Assembly: GCA_964650185.1 (NCBI GenBank)
Contig: CAZYRN010000006.1
Location: 168 to 64,167, forward strand
DNA length: 64,000 bases
From: an uncultured Pseudomonadales bacterium
GTDB lineage: Bacteria > Patescibacteriota > Microgenomatia > UBA1400 > PJMF01
Direction of reading: 5' to 3'
Of this stretch, positions 37,009-46,802 are shown piece after piece (the stretch's first letter is position 1; the number at the start of each line of letters is the position of its first letter). The position numbers and the translations under genes were made by a program. The notes under the pieces are model-generated. The model did no database searches. It was not told the DNA's origin and saw nothing but the letters and a program-made list of their open reading frames with translations.

Positions 37009-39267
37009 ATGAACCAAAAGACAAAAAATAAAATCTGGCAGTTATTAGATTCGAAAAGATCGGAATATCCTACTGAACATTTCTTGGATGTTAATTTTGT
37101 AAAAGAAATGATTGATACAAACAATTTGAATAATGAAGAGATTGATGCACTAGAAAGTATTATCCTTGGAATTCAGCGAAATAGAATTGGTGAGTATGTT
37201 ACGCCAAATAACTTGGTTAGATTTCTTACAAGAATTGTTGAGCTTAATAATTCTGATGTGGTTATTGATCCAGTCTGCGGGACCGGAAATTTCTTAAAGG
37301 AGCTTTACAAGGAAAATTCCAAAGCGAGTTACTTTGGTATAGATATAAACTCGAAGATTATCGATTGGGCTAAAGAGTTTGCTAAACACAGAGAGCAGGA
37401 GATAAACTTTCTTAACCAAAATTCTCTAGAAGATTTCCCTACTACAGTGCCAAAAGCTAATTACATCTTCGCAAACTTGCCGTTTGGAGCAAAAGTCAAT
37501 AATAAACATCTGATAGAAAACTATGAGATACAGTCAAAAGAATTAGATATTTTACTGATACAAAAAATAATTAAATCCCTTAAGCAAGATGGGATAGCAT
37601 TTATCATTGCAACAGAAGGGCTTTTGTTCCGAAAATCTGCTGAAAGATTACGACAATTCATTTCTGAAAAAGCCTCTCTTGATGCAATCATATCTCTTCC
37701 CTCTGGGACGTTTGCACCATATACAAACATTAAAACGTCTGTACTAATTATCAGTAATAGAAAAAAGAATAAAACAGCCCTCTATGAACTAGAAAATATC
37801 CGTGAAGATAGTAAGGTTATAGAAGATATAAGAGCTCACCTTTCAGGCGAACAAACATCATATGGAGAGGTAATAGAGAACTTTAGCCAAAGAGAGAGTT
37901 GGTCAGTAAGTAGATACTATGGCGAAGTTAATAGGCAACGTCTATTGGATGCAATACCTCACAAATATGAACTAAAGAAGATTAAAGACATTTGTGAAAT
38001 AAAAACTCTAAGCCCGCAAGATATTGAGCGAGAAGAAATTGACTTAATAATCTCAAGCACATATAACCCTGGGAAACTACTTTCTTTAGAAGATATTCAA
38101 GATAAAAGCAGTAAAGCAAGGTACTTTACTCTAAAGATAACGGATCCTAAAGTTTCAAAAGATTACCTAAAGTTATTATTAAACAGTAGATATGCAAGCT
38201 TAGAAGAAGCATCTACCGGAATGACTATAAAGTCACTGAACAAAAAGGCGCTGGAAGATTTTGAAATCCCCATTGTTGATGAAGAAGTGCAGAATCATCT
38301 TGAAATCAAGATTAATAACATCGAATCTTTTAAAGACAAAGTAACGAGTTTAATAACAGAAATTAGGAAGGTCGAAGAAGGAGACATATTCAACTTCGAT
38401 TATGACCCCGAAAGTAGTTTGAATTCTATACTGGATAGCTCAATCCAATATCACGAATCTCTACCAAAACCTATTGCCTTAAGTTATTTCTCATATAGAA
38501 ATACACAGAACATTGATAAGAAATTTGACAGCATAGTTACTAGTTATTCAACAATTGTTAAGACACTGGGACTCATTTCTCTTATCGGCCTCTCAACTAT
38601 AGATGACGAGAGCTTGCCTAATAAAATAAGGGCCGAAATTAATCCATCACGGCCAATATCAGATGGGGTTTGGGGGAAACTAGTTCAACTAGCAGTAAAA
38701 AGATGTAAAGACATGAACTGCTTTCTATCTGATGAACTTAAATATATTGACTATAAAGAAATAGTTTCTTTGACTAACGAACTAACAGCAAATCGCAATA
38801 AAAAAGCTCATAACACCAAATCGTACTCAAAAATTCAAAAAGAAGCATTCATTGCAAGATTTCAAAACGATCTTGAGAGATTATTAGATCTGTTTTCCTT
38901 TCTATCGAAAGCACCGCTAGTCTACTTTGAAAAAACCGAAAAATTCCCCCCTCAAAAGATAGTACATACAGTCAGATATCTTGTCGGTGATGATATGCAC
39001 GATAAGGAAGACAACATTGAACTCCGTGAGGATTTTTACCAAACACTTTACTTGCTGAAAAATATACCGAACAAGAGTATCTCAATGTACCCACTTATGA
39101 TTTATGAGGATTCCGTAGAAATTGAATCGAAAGATATTTTTTTGTTCTCTGGATTAGATAAACGGGATAATCCTTACTATCTGAGCCTAAATAAGGGAGA
39201 GAAAATAGTAAGAGAAGAATACAGAGACGACGTCCATAGAGTATTTTATTACATATCAGAAAAATGA
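37009..39267 (+). CDS. Second gamma-class N6-adenine MTase domain fused to a TRD-like region and an about 350-aa C-terminal domain of unknown function
   Basis: Motif I VIDPVCGTGNFL. Motif IV ANLPFGAK. ISLPSGTFAPYTNIKTSVLII (HsdM-like). Then FEIPIVDEEVQNHLEIKINN, an HsdS-like conserved repeat. Unknown tail. No nuclease or helicase motifs. Confidence 0.55.
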   Translation: MNQKTKNKIWQLLDSKRSEYPTEHFLDVNFVKEMIDTNNLNNEEIDALESIILGIQRNRIGEYVTPNNLVRFLTRIVELNNSDVVIDPVCGTGNFLKELYKENSKASYFGIDINSKIIDWAKEFAKHREQEINFLNQNSLEDFPTTVPKANYIFANLPFGAKVNNKHLIENYEIQSKELDILLIQKIIKSLKQDGIAFIIATEGLLFRKSAERLRQFISEKASLDAIISLPSGTFAPYTNIKTSVLIISNRKKNKTALYELENIREDSKVIEDIRAHLSGEQTSYGEVIENFSQRESWSVSRYYGEVNRQRLLDAIPHKYELKKIKDICEIKTLSPQDIEREEIDLIISSTYNPGKLLSLEDIQDKSSKARYFTLKITDPKVSKDYLKLLLNSRYASLEEASTGMTIKSLNKKALEDFEIPIVDEEVQNHLEIKINNIESFKDKVTSLITEIRKVEEGDIFNFDYDPESSLNSILDSSIQYHESLPKPIALSYFSYRNTQNIDKKFDSIVTSYSTIVKTLGLISLIGLSTIDDESLPNKIRAEINPSRPISDGVWGKLVQLAVKRCKDMNCFLSDELKYIDYKEIVSLTNELTANRNKKAHNTKSYSKIQKEAFIARFQNDLERLLDLFSFLSKAPLVYFEKTEKFPPQKIVHTVRYLVGDDMHDKEDNIELREDFYQTLYLLKNIPNKSISMYPLMIYEDSVEIESKDIFLFSGLDKRDNPYYLSLNKGEKIVREEYRDDVHRVFYYISEK

Positions 39268-42200
39268 AAACAAACTTTACATTTCTACAAAAAGACTGGC
39301 CGCAGATTTATGAAGAAGCTTTACAAGCCGAACAGCATGGGTTCACAGCCCCGCGTACTTCTGTATTTTATGCCCGCCGGACAATAGAGCTAGTCATAAA
39401 CTGGCTTTATTTGCATGATCCGGATTTGCAACAGCCTTATGAAACCCATCTGGCAGCACTCATGCATGAACCGAGCTTTAAAAAGCTGCTGCCATATAAC
39501 CTCTTTCATTTAATAAACTACATTCGCAAGATCGGCAATCAAGCCGTTCATAGCAGAAAGCCAATCAGTGAAAAAGAATCACTTGCTGCATTAAGGAATC
39601 TTTATAACTTCTGCGAATGGATGGCAAAGCAGTATAGCCAGGAACAGCCGGAATTCCCTCAATATAGTGAATCAATAATTCCTCGCGATGGTGAGCAAGA
39701 TAAAAATGCTGAAGAATTAAGACAATTACAAGAGCAGCTTGATTCTAAAAACCAAGACTTTGAACAGCAGAAACTACTTTTAGTCGAATATGAAGAAGAG
39801 CTTAAAGAACTACGGGCTCAGGTCAAGATAACCAAAGAGAAGAATATAAAGACTGTTAGCCAGAAAGATTATTCAGAAGCAGAAACTCGCGAATTATTTA
39901 TCGACTTGTTGCTTAAAGAAGCTGGTTGGGATCCACAGGGAGAAAACGTAGCTGAGTACGAAGTGGAAGGTATGCCAAATAACAAAGGTATTGGATATGT
40001 AGATTATGTTTTATGGGGAGACGATGGGCTACCTTTGGGTTTGGTAGAAGCGAAGCGAACAACTCATGATGCCCAAAAAGGACAACGACAAGCTGAACTT
40101 TACGCTGATGCACTAGAAAGAAAATACGGACAAAGACCAGTAATATTCTATACCAATGGATACGATCATTGGATCTGGGAAGATGACATGTATCCTCCCC
40201 GACCGATCCAGGGTTTCTATACCAAGGATCAACTGCAAACAATGATTAATCGTCGTAATGCTCGAAAAAGTCTACTTGATGCTCCGGTGAACGATGAAAT
40301 TGCGGGAAGATACTATCAGAAACTGGCTATTCAACATGTCTTAGAGCAGTTTGAACAGAAGGATCGACGTTCATTGATAGTAATGGCAACAGGAACCGGC
40401 AAGACCAGAGTTTCCATTGCGTTAGTTGAACTTCTGATGAAGCAAGGTTGGATAAAAAATGTTTTATTCCTGGCAGATAGAAATGCTCTGTTAACTCAAG
40501 CAAAAGCAGCCTTTAATGATCTCTATCCGGAAGCAACAACAGTAGATATCACAAAAGAAAAAGAGGAAACAACATCAAGAATAGTTTTCTCCACCTACCC
40601 TACTATGATGAATATGATCGATGAAGCCAAGAAAGACGGAGTAAAAAGGTTTGGTGTCGGACGATTTGATTTGATTATTATTGATGAAGCTCATAGAAGT
40701 GTGTACCAAAAATATGGTGCTATCTTTGACTATTTTGATTCTTTGCTTATTGGTTTGACTGCTACACCAAAAGCAGAAGTGGACCACAACACCTATGAAC
40801 TATTTGGTTTGGAAGATCACAATCCTACATATTCTTATGAGTTAGATCAGGCAGTTGAGGATGGGTTTTTAGTTCCGCCTAGGCAAATTGAAGTGCCAAC
40901 CAAATTTTTATCGGAAGGTTTAACATATGACGAATTAAGTGATGAAGAAAAAGAAATGTATGAGATGACCTTTGAAGATGATGAAGGTCAACTACCTCTA
41001 ATGATTGCTCCCTCGCATTTTAATGATTGGGTGTTTAATACCGATACTATTGACAGTGTTTTAGCATATTTAATGGAAAACGGTATTAAAGTAGAAGGCG
41101 GAGATAGATTGGGTAAAACAATAATCTTTGCCAAAAATCATAAACACGCCATGTTTATTCAGGAGCGGTTTAATAAAAACTACCCATATTATGGTGGACG
41201 AGTTTTGCGGGTAATCGATAACTATGCGGATTATTCCCATACCTTAATCGATGAATTTAAGCAAAACAAGCCTGACAGTCCTTATATTGCAGTATCAGTA
41301 GATATGTTGGATACCGGAATTGATATTCCGGAAATTGTTAATTTAGTATTTTTTAAAATTACCAGGTCAAAAGCTAAATTCTGGCAAATGATAGGTCGTG
41401 GAACCCGTTTATGTCCCAAGTTGTTTGGCCCTGAAAGTCCTGAAGATGATAAGAAAGAATTCTTAATTTTTGATTTTTGTGGGAATTTCGAGTTCTTTAA
41501 AGTCAACCCTGAAGGAATTAAAGGCACAGCTCAGAAATCATTATCACAACTCATCTTTGAAAAACGTGTAGAGCTTGCTCATGAGTTACAAAGCGGCACT
41601 TATACAGATAACCAGGCTTTACAAGAACTGCGAACTAGTTTGCTAAACATCCTACATGAAGATGTATCACAGATGGATCCGCTAAGTTTTAACCTACGCA
41701 ATCACAAACGATACATTGATGAGTTTAGCAACAGAGATCGCTGGAATAACTTGAGCAAACAGGATGTGATCGACATTAATGAGCACATTGCTCCGTTTTC
41801 AAACTTAGTTGTTGATGAGGATGAGTTTGCCAGAAGATTTGATTCACTTATGCTGACGCTGCAAGTTGAGATGCTCAAAGACAACAGGAAACCAACTAAC
41901 AGTAAGCGACGGGTCATGACACTTGCAGAACTTCTTTTTGAGAAAGCTAATATTCCTGCTGTAGCTGAAAAGATCTCAACGATAAATAAGGTGCGAGAAG
42001 ACGCATTTTGGGAAAATCCATCAGTAGAAGAACTTGAAGAGGTACGAAGGGATCTTCGTGACTTAATCAAGCTGCTTGATCCACCAGACAGGAAAGCTGT
42101 TTACACTAATTTTACTGATACTGTTTATGACCCGGTGAGTACTGGAGGAAGTGCTATTGGAGACCGTCCGAATAGAGAAAACTATTTGAAAAGAGTACAG

Positions 42201-42659
42201 TCAATTATTCGAGAAAATGAATTTGTAACAGCGATTCAAAAAATTAGAAACAATGAAAAATTGGATGAAATGGATATTAAAGAGATAGAAGCTTTATTGA
42301 TAAACAGTTCATATGACATTGATAAAACAAAAATCGAGGAAATTCTTTCAGGACAGACATTAGGTGAATTTATTCGTGGACTGGTGGGGCTTGATAAAGA
42401 TGCTGCCAAAGCAGCCTTTGCAGAATTGATGCAAAAAAGAAATTTGAATGCAGCGCAGATGCAGTTTTTGGATAAAGTCATAGATCACATCGTAGCAACG
42501 GGCATTGTTAAGCCGGGCGATTTGTATGATCAACCATTCACCTTTTTAGATGACAGGGGTATTGATGGCGTATTTGAAGAAGCTGATAGAGATTATATAT
42601 TTGGAGTCTTAACTGGCATTAGGGCAAACGCACAGTTTGGGTTTGGAGGAATGGCATGA
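39264..42659 (+). CDS. hsdR: Type I R-M restriction subunit (helicase/endonuclease)
   Basis: PD-(D/E)xK core GYVDYVLWGDDGLPLGLVEAKR. Walker A MATGTGKT. DEAH-box IIIDEAHRS. Helicase C domain. ATGA overlaps on both sides. Confidence 0.9.
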   Translation: MKTNFTFLQKDWPQIYEEALQAEQHGFTAPRTSVFYARRTIELVINWLYLHDPDLQQPYETHLAALMHEPSFKKLLPYNLFHLINYIRKIGNQAVHSRKPISEKESLAALRNLYNFCEWMAKQYSQEQPEFPQYSESIIPRDGEQDKNAEELRQLQEQLDSKNQDFEQQKLLLVEYEEELKELRAQVKITKEKNIKTVSQKDYSEAETRELFIDLLLKEAGWDPQGENVAEYEVEGMPNNKGIGYVDYVLWGDDGLPLGLVEAKRTTHDAQKGQRQAELYADALERKYGQRPVIFYTNGYDHWIWEDDMYPPRPIQGFYTKDQLQTMINRRNARKSLLDAPVNDEIAGRYYQKLAIQHVLEQFEQKDRRSLIVMATGTGKTRVSIALVELLMKQGWIKNVLFLADRNALLTQAKAAFNDLYPEATTVDITKEKEETTSRIVFSTYPTMMNMIDEAKKDGVKRFGVGRFDLIIIDEAHRSVYQKYGAIFDYFDSLLIGLTATPKAEVDHNTYELFGLEDHNPTYSYELDQAVEDGFLVPPRQIEVPTKFLSEGLTYDELSDEEKEMYEMTFEDDEGQLPLMIAPSHFNDWVFNTDTIDSVLAYLMENGIKVEGGDRLGKTIIFAKNHKHAMFIQERFNKNYPYYGGRVLRVIDNYADYSHTLIDEFKQNKPDSPYIAVSVDMLDTGIDIPEIVNLVFFKITRSKAKFWQMIGRGTRLCPKLFGPESPEDDKKEFLIFDFCGNFEFFKVNPEGIKGTAQKSLSQLIFEKRVELAHELQSGTYTDNQALQELRTSLLNILHEDVSQMDPLSFNLRNHKRYIDEFSNRDRWNNLSKQDVIDINEHIAPFSNLVVDEDEFARRFDSLMLTLQVEMLKDNRKPTNSKRRVMTLAELLFEKANIPAVAEKISTINKVREDAFWENPSVEELEEVRRDLRDLIKLLDPPDRKAVYTNFTDTVYDPVSTGGSAIGDRPNRENYLKRVQSIIRENEFVTAIQKIRNNEKLDEMDIKEIEALLINSSYDIDKTKIEEILSGQTLGEFIRGLVGLDKDAAKAAFAELMQKRNLNAAQMQFLDKVIDHIVATGIVKPGDLYDQPFTFLDDRGIDGVFEEADRDYIFGVLTGIRANAQFGFGGMA

Positions 42660-43534
42660 GTATAAACGACAAAATTAAATATGAAGTAGCCCTCTCTTTT
42701 GCAGGTGAGCAACGCGACTACGTTAGAAAAGTTGCAGAAGTTTTAAAGGACAATAACGTCGATTGTTATTTTGATGAATTTGATGAAATAGAGTTATGGG
42801 GCAAGTATATGCCTGATCGCTTTCAAGAAGTTATGGGAGATAAGTCGAAGTACGCAGTAATATTTATTTCAGAAGAGTATAAAAATAAGTTTTATACAAA
42901 TTTAGAAAGAATGACATTGTTGACCTCTGATTTATTTAGAGAAGGTCGGTTACTTCCAGCAAAATTTGATGATACAAAGTTGCCTGGATTACCTGATGGT
43001 ATTAATTACGTGACTTTAAAAGATTTATCACCTGAAGAGTTTGCTAAAAAAATTATGCGGAAGATTGGTACCAAGACCAGTAAAGACGTAGTAGAAAATA
43101 AAGTGGCTGATTTTTATATACCAAAAACAAGAAAGTCTGTTAATCCAATTACACAACGGAAGGAATGGATTAAATATATTACTCAAGAGCTTAAAAGGCG
43201 TGCTGTAAAAGTCGATGGACTAGAGATGGACGATGATGATGAAGGATCACATCATAGAATATTGTTTCACTACAATGGAAAGACACTTGTCTCAATAAGA
43301 ATTATAAAAAACAGTATAGGGAATGATGGATTAGCTTTTGGGTTTGATTATGGCTATTCTTCTACTGGTGGCATGAACGCTTGGGGAGATTTTGATTGGA
43401 GTTTGGAGAAGGATGAGGAAATATTGAAAGTGCATGGAATGAGTTCCTTGGGAGATGGAGAATATACTAAAAAAGATTTAGTAGATGCACTGTGGAAAAA
43501 AATTACAAAGCACGTTGATGAGGAAAATACTTGA
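42656..43534 (+). CDS. TIR-domain protein (N-terminal TIR-like domain plus about 150-aa unknown C-terminal domain)
   Basis: KYEVALSFAGEQRDYVRKVAEVLKDNNVDCYFDEFDEIELWG...YAVIFISEEYKNKFYTNLE matches the bacterial TIR signature. Start overlaps the hsdR stop (ATGA). Confidence 0.55.
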   Translation: MSINDKIKYEVALSFAGEQRDYVRKVAEVLKDNNVDCYFDEFDEIELWGKYMPDRFQEVMGDKSKYAVIFISEEYKNKFYTNLERMTLLTSDLFREGRLLPAKFDDTKLPGLPDGINYVTLKDLSPEEFAKKIMRKIGTKTSKDVVENKVADFYIPKTRKSVNPITQRKEWIKYITQELKRRAVKVDGLEMDDDDEGSHHRILFHYNGKTLVSIRIIKNSIGNDGLAFGFDYGYSSTGGMNAWGDFDWSLEKDEEILKVHGMSSLGDGEYTKKDLVDALWKKITKHVDEENT

Positions 43535-44070
43535 TGAAAAGACAAATATTAGAAAAGCTTGATAACTCCCTGAGAAACTTTAAATCTGAAGCTGATGTGG
43601 TTTATATTTTGACGAGAATTGGAAAAATTCTAGAAATTGATGAAAAGAAACAAGATTATCCCGTTATTAACTTTTACCGTAATTGGTCCGTTCACAAACA
43701 AATTGACGATGTTGGCAATGTCAGACATTATTTAGAGGATTTCATTCATAACAAAGAGAATCGTGACAGCCTACTTTTTCATAAACCACTTTTTGAAGAA
43801 CTCAATTTATTTTCTAAAAATTACTCAGTGTCAAATTTAAGCGGGGAACAAGCAGCTGATTTTGCCTATCTATTAGGAAAAGTGATTTCAGATACTCCAG
43901 TTTTTATAAAATTTGATAGAACACATTACGAAATTTCAATTAGCGAACCAGTCAGTCGTGATCAAAGTGGAACTTACAAAATAAGCGTAAAAGTGAACGT
44001 TGAGCCTGTAAAAATGAAAATTACAACACCTCCCGTAGAGGCTAAGTATGAAGAAAAAGTGTCGAATTAA
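43534..44070 (+). CDS. Hypothetical 178-aa protein coupled to the TIR gene
   Basis: ATG overlaps the TIR stop by 1 nt (TGATG). No recognisable motif and no TM. Confidence 0.4.
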   Translation: MKRQILEKLDNSLRNFKSEADVVYILTRIGKILEIDEKKQDYPVINFYRNWSVHKQIDDVGNVRHYLEDFIHNKENRDSLLFHKPLFEELNLFSKNYSVSNLSGEQAADFAYLLGKVISDTPVFIKFDRTHYEISISEPVSRDQSGTYKISVKVNVEPVKMKITTPPVEAKYEEKVSN

Positions 44071-46295
44071 GATTTAGGGAATACGCCCTCAAACCACATT
44101 ATCGCTGCCTCCCCTTCTTTTTTGGTGATCTCATCTACGCTTCTACTGTGTCTTATACTGTTTCTAAGTTCAGATAATTGTGTAAATTTGTTATTAAGCA
44201 TCTCTTTATTGTTAAATACACTTGAAAATCTTTCCCATAAAGCATTGTTTGTGATAGTGTCTTGTAGATCTCTAAGGTCGAAGAATTCTAGTTTCCCTTT
44301 AAGTTTATTGTAGTACTTCTCATCTAAAGCAGGATTTCGTTTAGCTGACTTTGCCACTCTGTCATTAACTTTATCTTTAATGTGTTGTGGAATATCATCC
44401 TCTTTTTCATCCAGTGTAACTGAGATTAAACTTCTTAGTTGAAGCTCAACCTGCTCTATCTTCTCATCAAGTTCTCTTAGCGCTGGTGAAAGGTCAAGAC
44501 GTTCCTTGATCAGTAAATTTTCTATTGCTTCTTGAATGGTTCGTTGCCTTTCGGCAATAAATTCTTCAAAGTCATCCGGTGTAAAAGGATCGCGCATCAA
44601 TATTTCCTGAGCTTTAGGAGAAATAAAATGTGATTCTAGAATTCCTCTAACAGTACTTTCCCCGTTTGATTCGATTAGTTCAGGTAAATATTCGTTGGGC
44701 AGTCTGTCGTTAATGACTTTTCTATTGGTATCTGAAGTTAACGGTGTTCTATTGAGGATAGTATGTATCTTGCTGTCCCCCAAATGCTTCGATCCCCAAG
44801 AAGAAGGTACAATATGATGGTCATCCAGATCGCCATGTTGCGGAATATTCCCTGTCATCCAGTCTCTTGCTCCTTGAAGCACTAATAAATTAAACACACC
44901 ATTATAAATAGATGAACCTCTCTTTACTTCCTTTTTAAGATCTAGATTCCTAAATCTGGTCTTAAATTCAAGTATTAATGCCGGTTCAAGTGAATCATCT
45001 TCCATCCATGCTTTTACATCAAGAAAATCTCTGGCAGTAGTTGATTCGACTGAACCAGAATATCGATTGGTAAACACAGATGCCCAGTACCAATGTCGGA
45101 TTTTCCTTTGTGCATCAAGCTGCTTGTTGGACGATAAAGTCTTTACATGAGCTTGAAGCGAGGCGAATGCAGGTAATATCGAGATATAAGGCAAATAATC
45201 AGAAGAGGTCACACCAAACTCTTGTGGGTGGCTAATCAATTTTATAGCGTGTTCAAGAGCTGAGACTGCGTTGTTCCAGCTAGATTCAAATTCATCGGGA
45301 TTTTGCACTAAAATTTCTTTGCGACGGGTTCCATCCGGCTCGCGGATCGGTTTTTCTTGTCCAGGTAGCAAATAGTACAAATATTTAGGCGAACAATATG
45401 CTTGCTTTAAAATTGACATTACTTGAAGAATATATACATTCATTTTCTCTGTATTCACAAATTCTAGCTTGGAGGAGGCTTCGCGCCACATGTGCTTTAG
45501 TTGTAAGCCTTTAGGTTTTAAGAGAGCGTTTATAAGGTCAAAAATATCTAGTCGGACACCCTTGCTGTTTATTTGAGTGAAGATATCGCAAACTTTGTCG
45601 ATAGCCAGATCCTGATCTAGTTCAATATATGAAATTTGGTACTGCTCAGTTATTTCTTTAAGATGTTCACCAAATACGTGTGCATTTTGAGCATGAGTTA
45701 GAGCTAGTTTTTGTTCTTCTTCATTGTCATTAATAGATTCTGCTTTTTCTTTCCAATATTGTTCGTACTCTTGAACCCAATTTGGTAATTCCCAGCCTCC
45801 TTGGCCAATAATAGCCAGTGGAAAAATATGCTCTTTAAATTGAATCGTTCGATCACGCATTAATTTTGACCAACGCCTAGTAAGCCACTCATAACTAAAG
45901 GCATCGTCGAATTCATCGTTCATAAACTTATCTATTCGAACAAAGTAGTAGCATCTGCTTGACCGACTCGGCAGGGGAAGATCGGGAGCTAAAAATGCGT
46001 AATAGATTGCTGTTAAGCGTTGCTGACCATCTAGAACTATGTATTCGCGGTTTTCAGGTCCGGAATAACCATAAATATCCTCACAGGATAAGGCTTCAAA
46101 GTTTTCTTTTTTTCCCTTCCAGAGGAGTAAGCTGCCAATGTAATAATCTAGAAAAATGGAGCGCATGAGACTCTGTATATCCCAAGGTTTCCATTCAAAT
46201 TCACGTTGGAAATCCGGAATCACAAAACGACCTTCTTTTAGCCTATGAACGAGAGTATTTAGACTGACGTGATCTGGTTTTTGTGCATTTTTCAT
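44067..46295 (-). CDS. GmrSD-like type IV restriction enzyme family protein (DUF262 + DUF1524) with C-terminal HEPN-like (Rx4H) extension
   Basis: DUF262: DFQREFEWK...VLDGQQRLTAIY. DUF1524 His-Me finger: DDHHIVPSSW...NRTPLTSDTNRKVINDRLP. C-terminal ELRNSIRHSRS is an Rx4HxxS/HEPN-type motif. Confidence 0.7.
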   Translation of the reverse strand: MKNAQKPDHVSLNTLVHRLKEGRFVIPDFQREFEWKPWDIQSLMRSIFLDYYIGSLLLWKGKKENFEALSCEDIYGYSGPENREYIVLDGQQRLTAIYYAFLAPDLPLPSRSSRCYYFVRIDKFMNDEFDDAFSYEWLTRRWSKLMRDRTIQFKEHIFPLAIIGQGGWELPNWVQEYEQYWKEKAESINDNEEEQKLALTHAQNAHVFGEHLKEITEQYQISYIELDQDLAIDKVCDIFTQINSKGVRLDIFDLINALLKPKGLQLKHMWREASSKLEFVNTEKMNVYILQVMSILKQAYCSPKYLYYLLPGQEKPIREPDGTRRKEILVQNPDEFESSWNNAVSALEHAIKLISHPQEFGVTSSDYLPYISILPAFASLQAHVKTLSSNKQLDAQRKIRHWYWASVFTNRYSGSVESTTARDFLDVKAWMEDDSLEPALILEFKTRFRNLDLKKEVKRGSSIYNGVFNLLVLQGARDWMTGNIPQHGDLDDHHIVPSSWGSKHLGDSKIHTILNRTPLTSDTNRKVINDRLPNEYLPELIESNGESTVRGILESHFISPKAQEILMRDPFTPDDFEEFIAERQRTIQEAIENLLIKERLDLSPALRELDEKIEQVELQLRSLISVTLDEKEDDIPQHIKDKVNDRVAKSAKRNPALDEKYYNKLKGKLEFFDLRDLQDTITNNALWERFSSVFNNKEMLNNKFTQLSELRNSIRHSRSVDEITKKEGEAAIMWFEGVFPKS

Positions 46296-46325
46296 AATTG
46301 TCCTGATTATACCAAGAAAAACATC

Positions 46326-46739
46326 TTATAGGTTATTATTTATCAATTCATCAATTTTTTCACTGCTGGCTAGGTCTGTGGTTCGTAGTTCTATAAAATT
46401 GAAATTATTCTCAGTCAAAGCTTTTCTAACAAACTCATCCCGCGCTTTTCTTGATTTCCATGAGTGGGTTGAGTCGTTAAGTTCAATTATCAGTCTAGGG
46501 TTCATATCTTTATCGAAAATCACAAAATCTACAAAAAGTTTATTAAGCCAATCAAACTTTCCGGCTAAATCGTTTGTGTCATCTTTTACCTCAAGTATGG
46601 TTGATAAATGAAGCTGAGGGAAAACAAAGTAATCTTTCAATGCTTCATTGTTCTCTAGAATACTAAATAGCTTCAGTTCATTCCCAGTCAGAAAACGCTG
46701 TTTTCTTTTGAATGGATTTAGCTTTCCTTGTAAGAACAT
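46326..46739 (-). CDS. DUF2726-domain protein (restriction-endonuclease-like fold)
   Basis: VDFVIFDKDMNPRLIIELNDSTH...KARDEFVRKAL matches the DUF2726 core (D...E-L-D/N...K). Confidence 0.5.
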   Translation of the reverse strand: MFLQGKLNPFKRKQRFLTGNELKLFSILENNEALKDYFVFPQLHLSTILEVKDDTNDLAGKFDWLNKLFVDFVIFDKDMNPRLIIELNDSTHSWKSRKARDEFVRKALTENNFNFIELRTTDLASSEKIDELINNNL

Positions 46740-46802
46740 GACCCGCTCCCCTTATAGTTGTCACTAATTGTAATAAAATTAGTTTACTAGAAAGGAGCAA
46801 GC

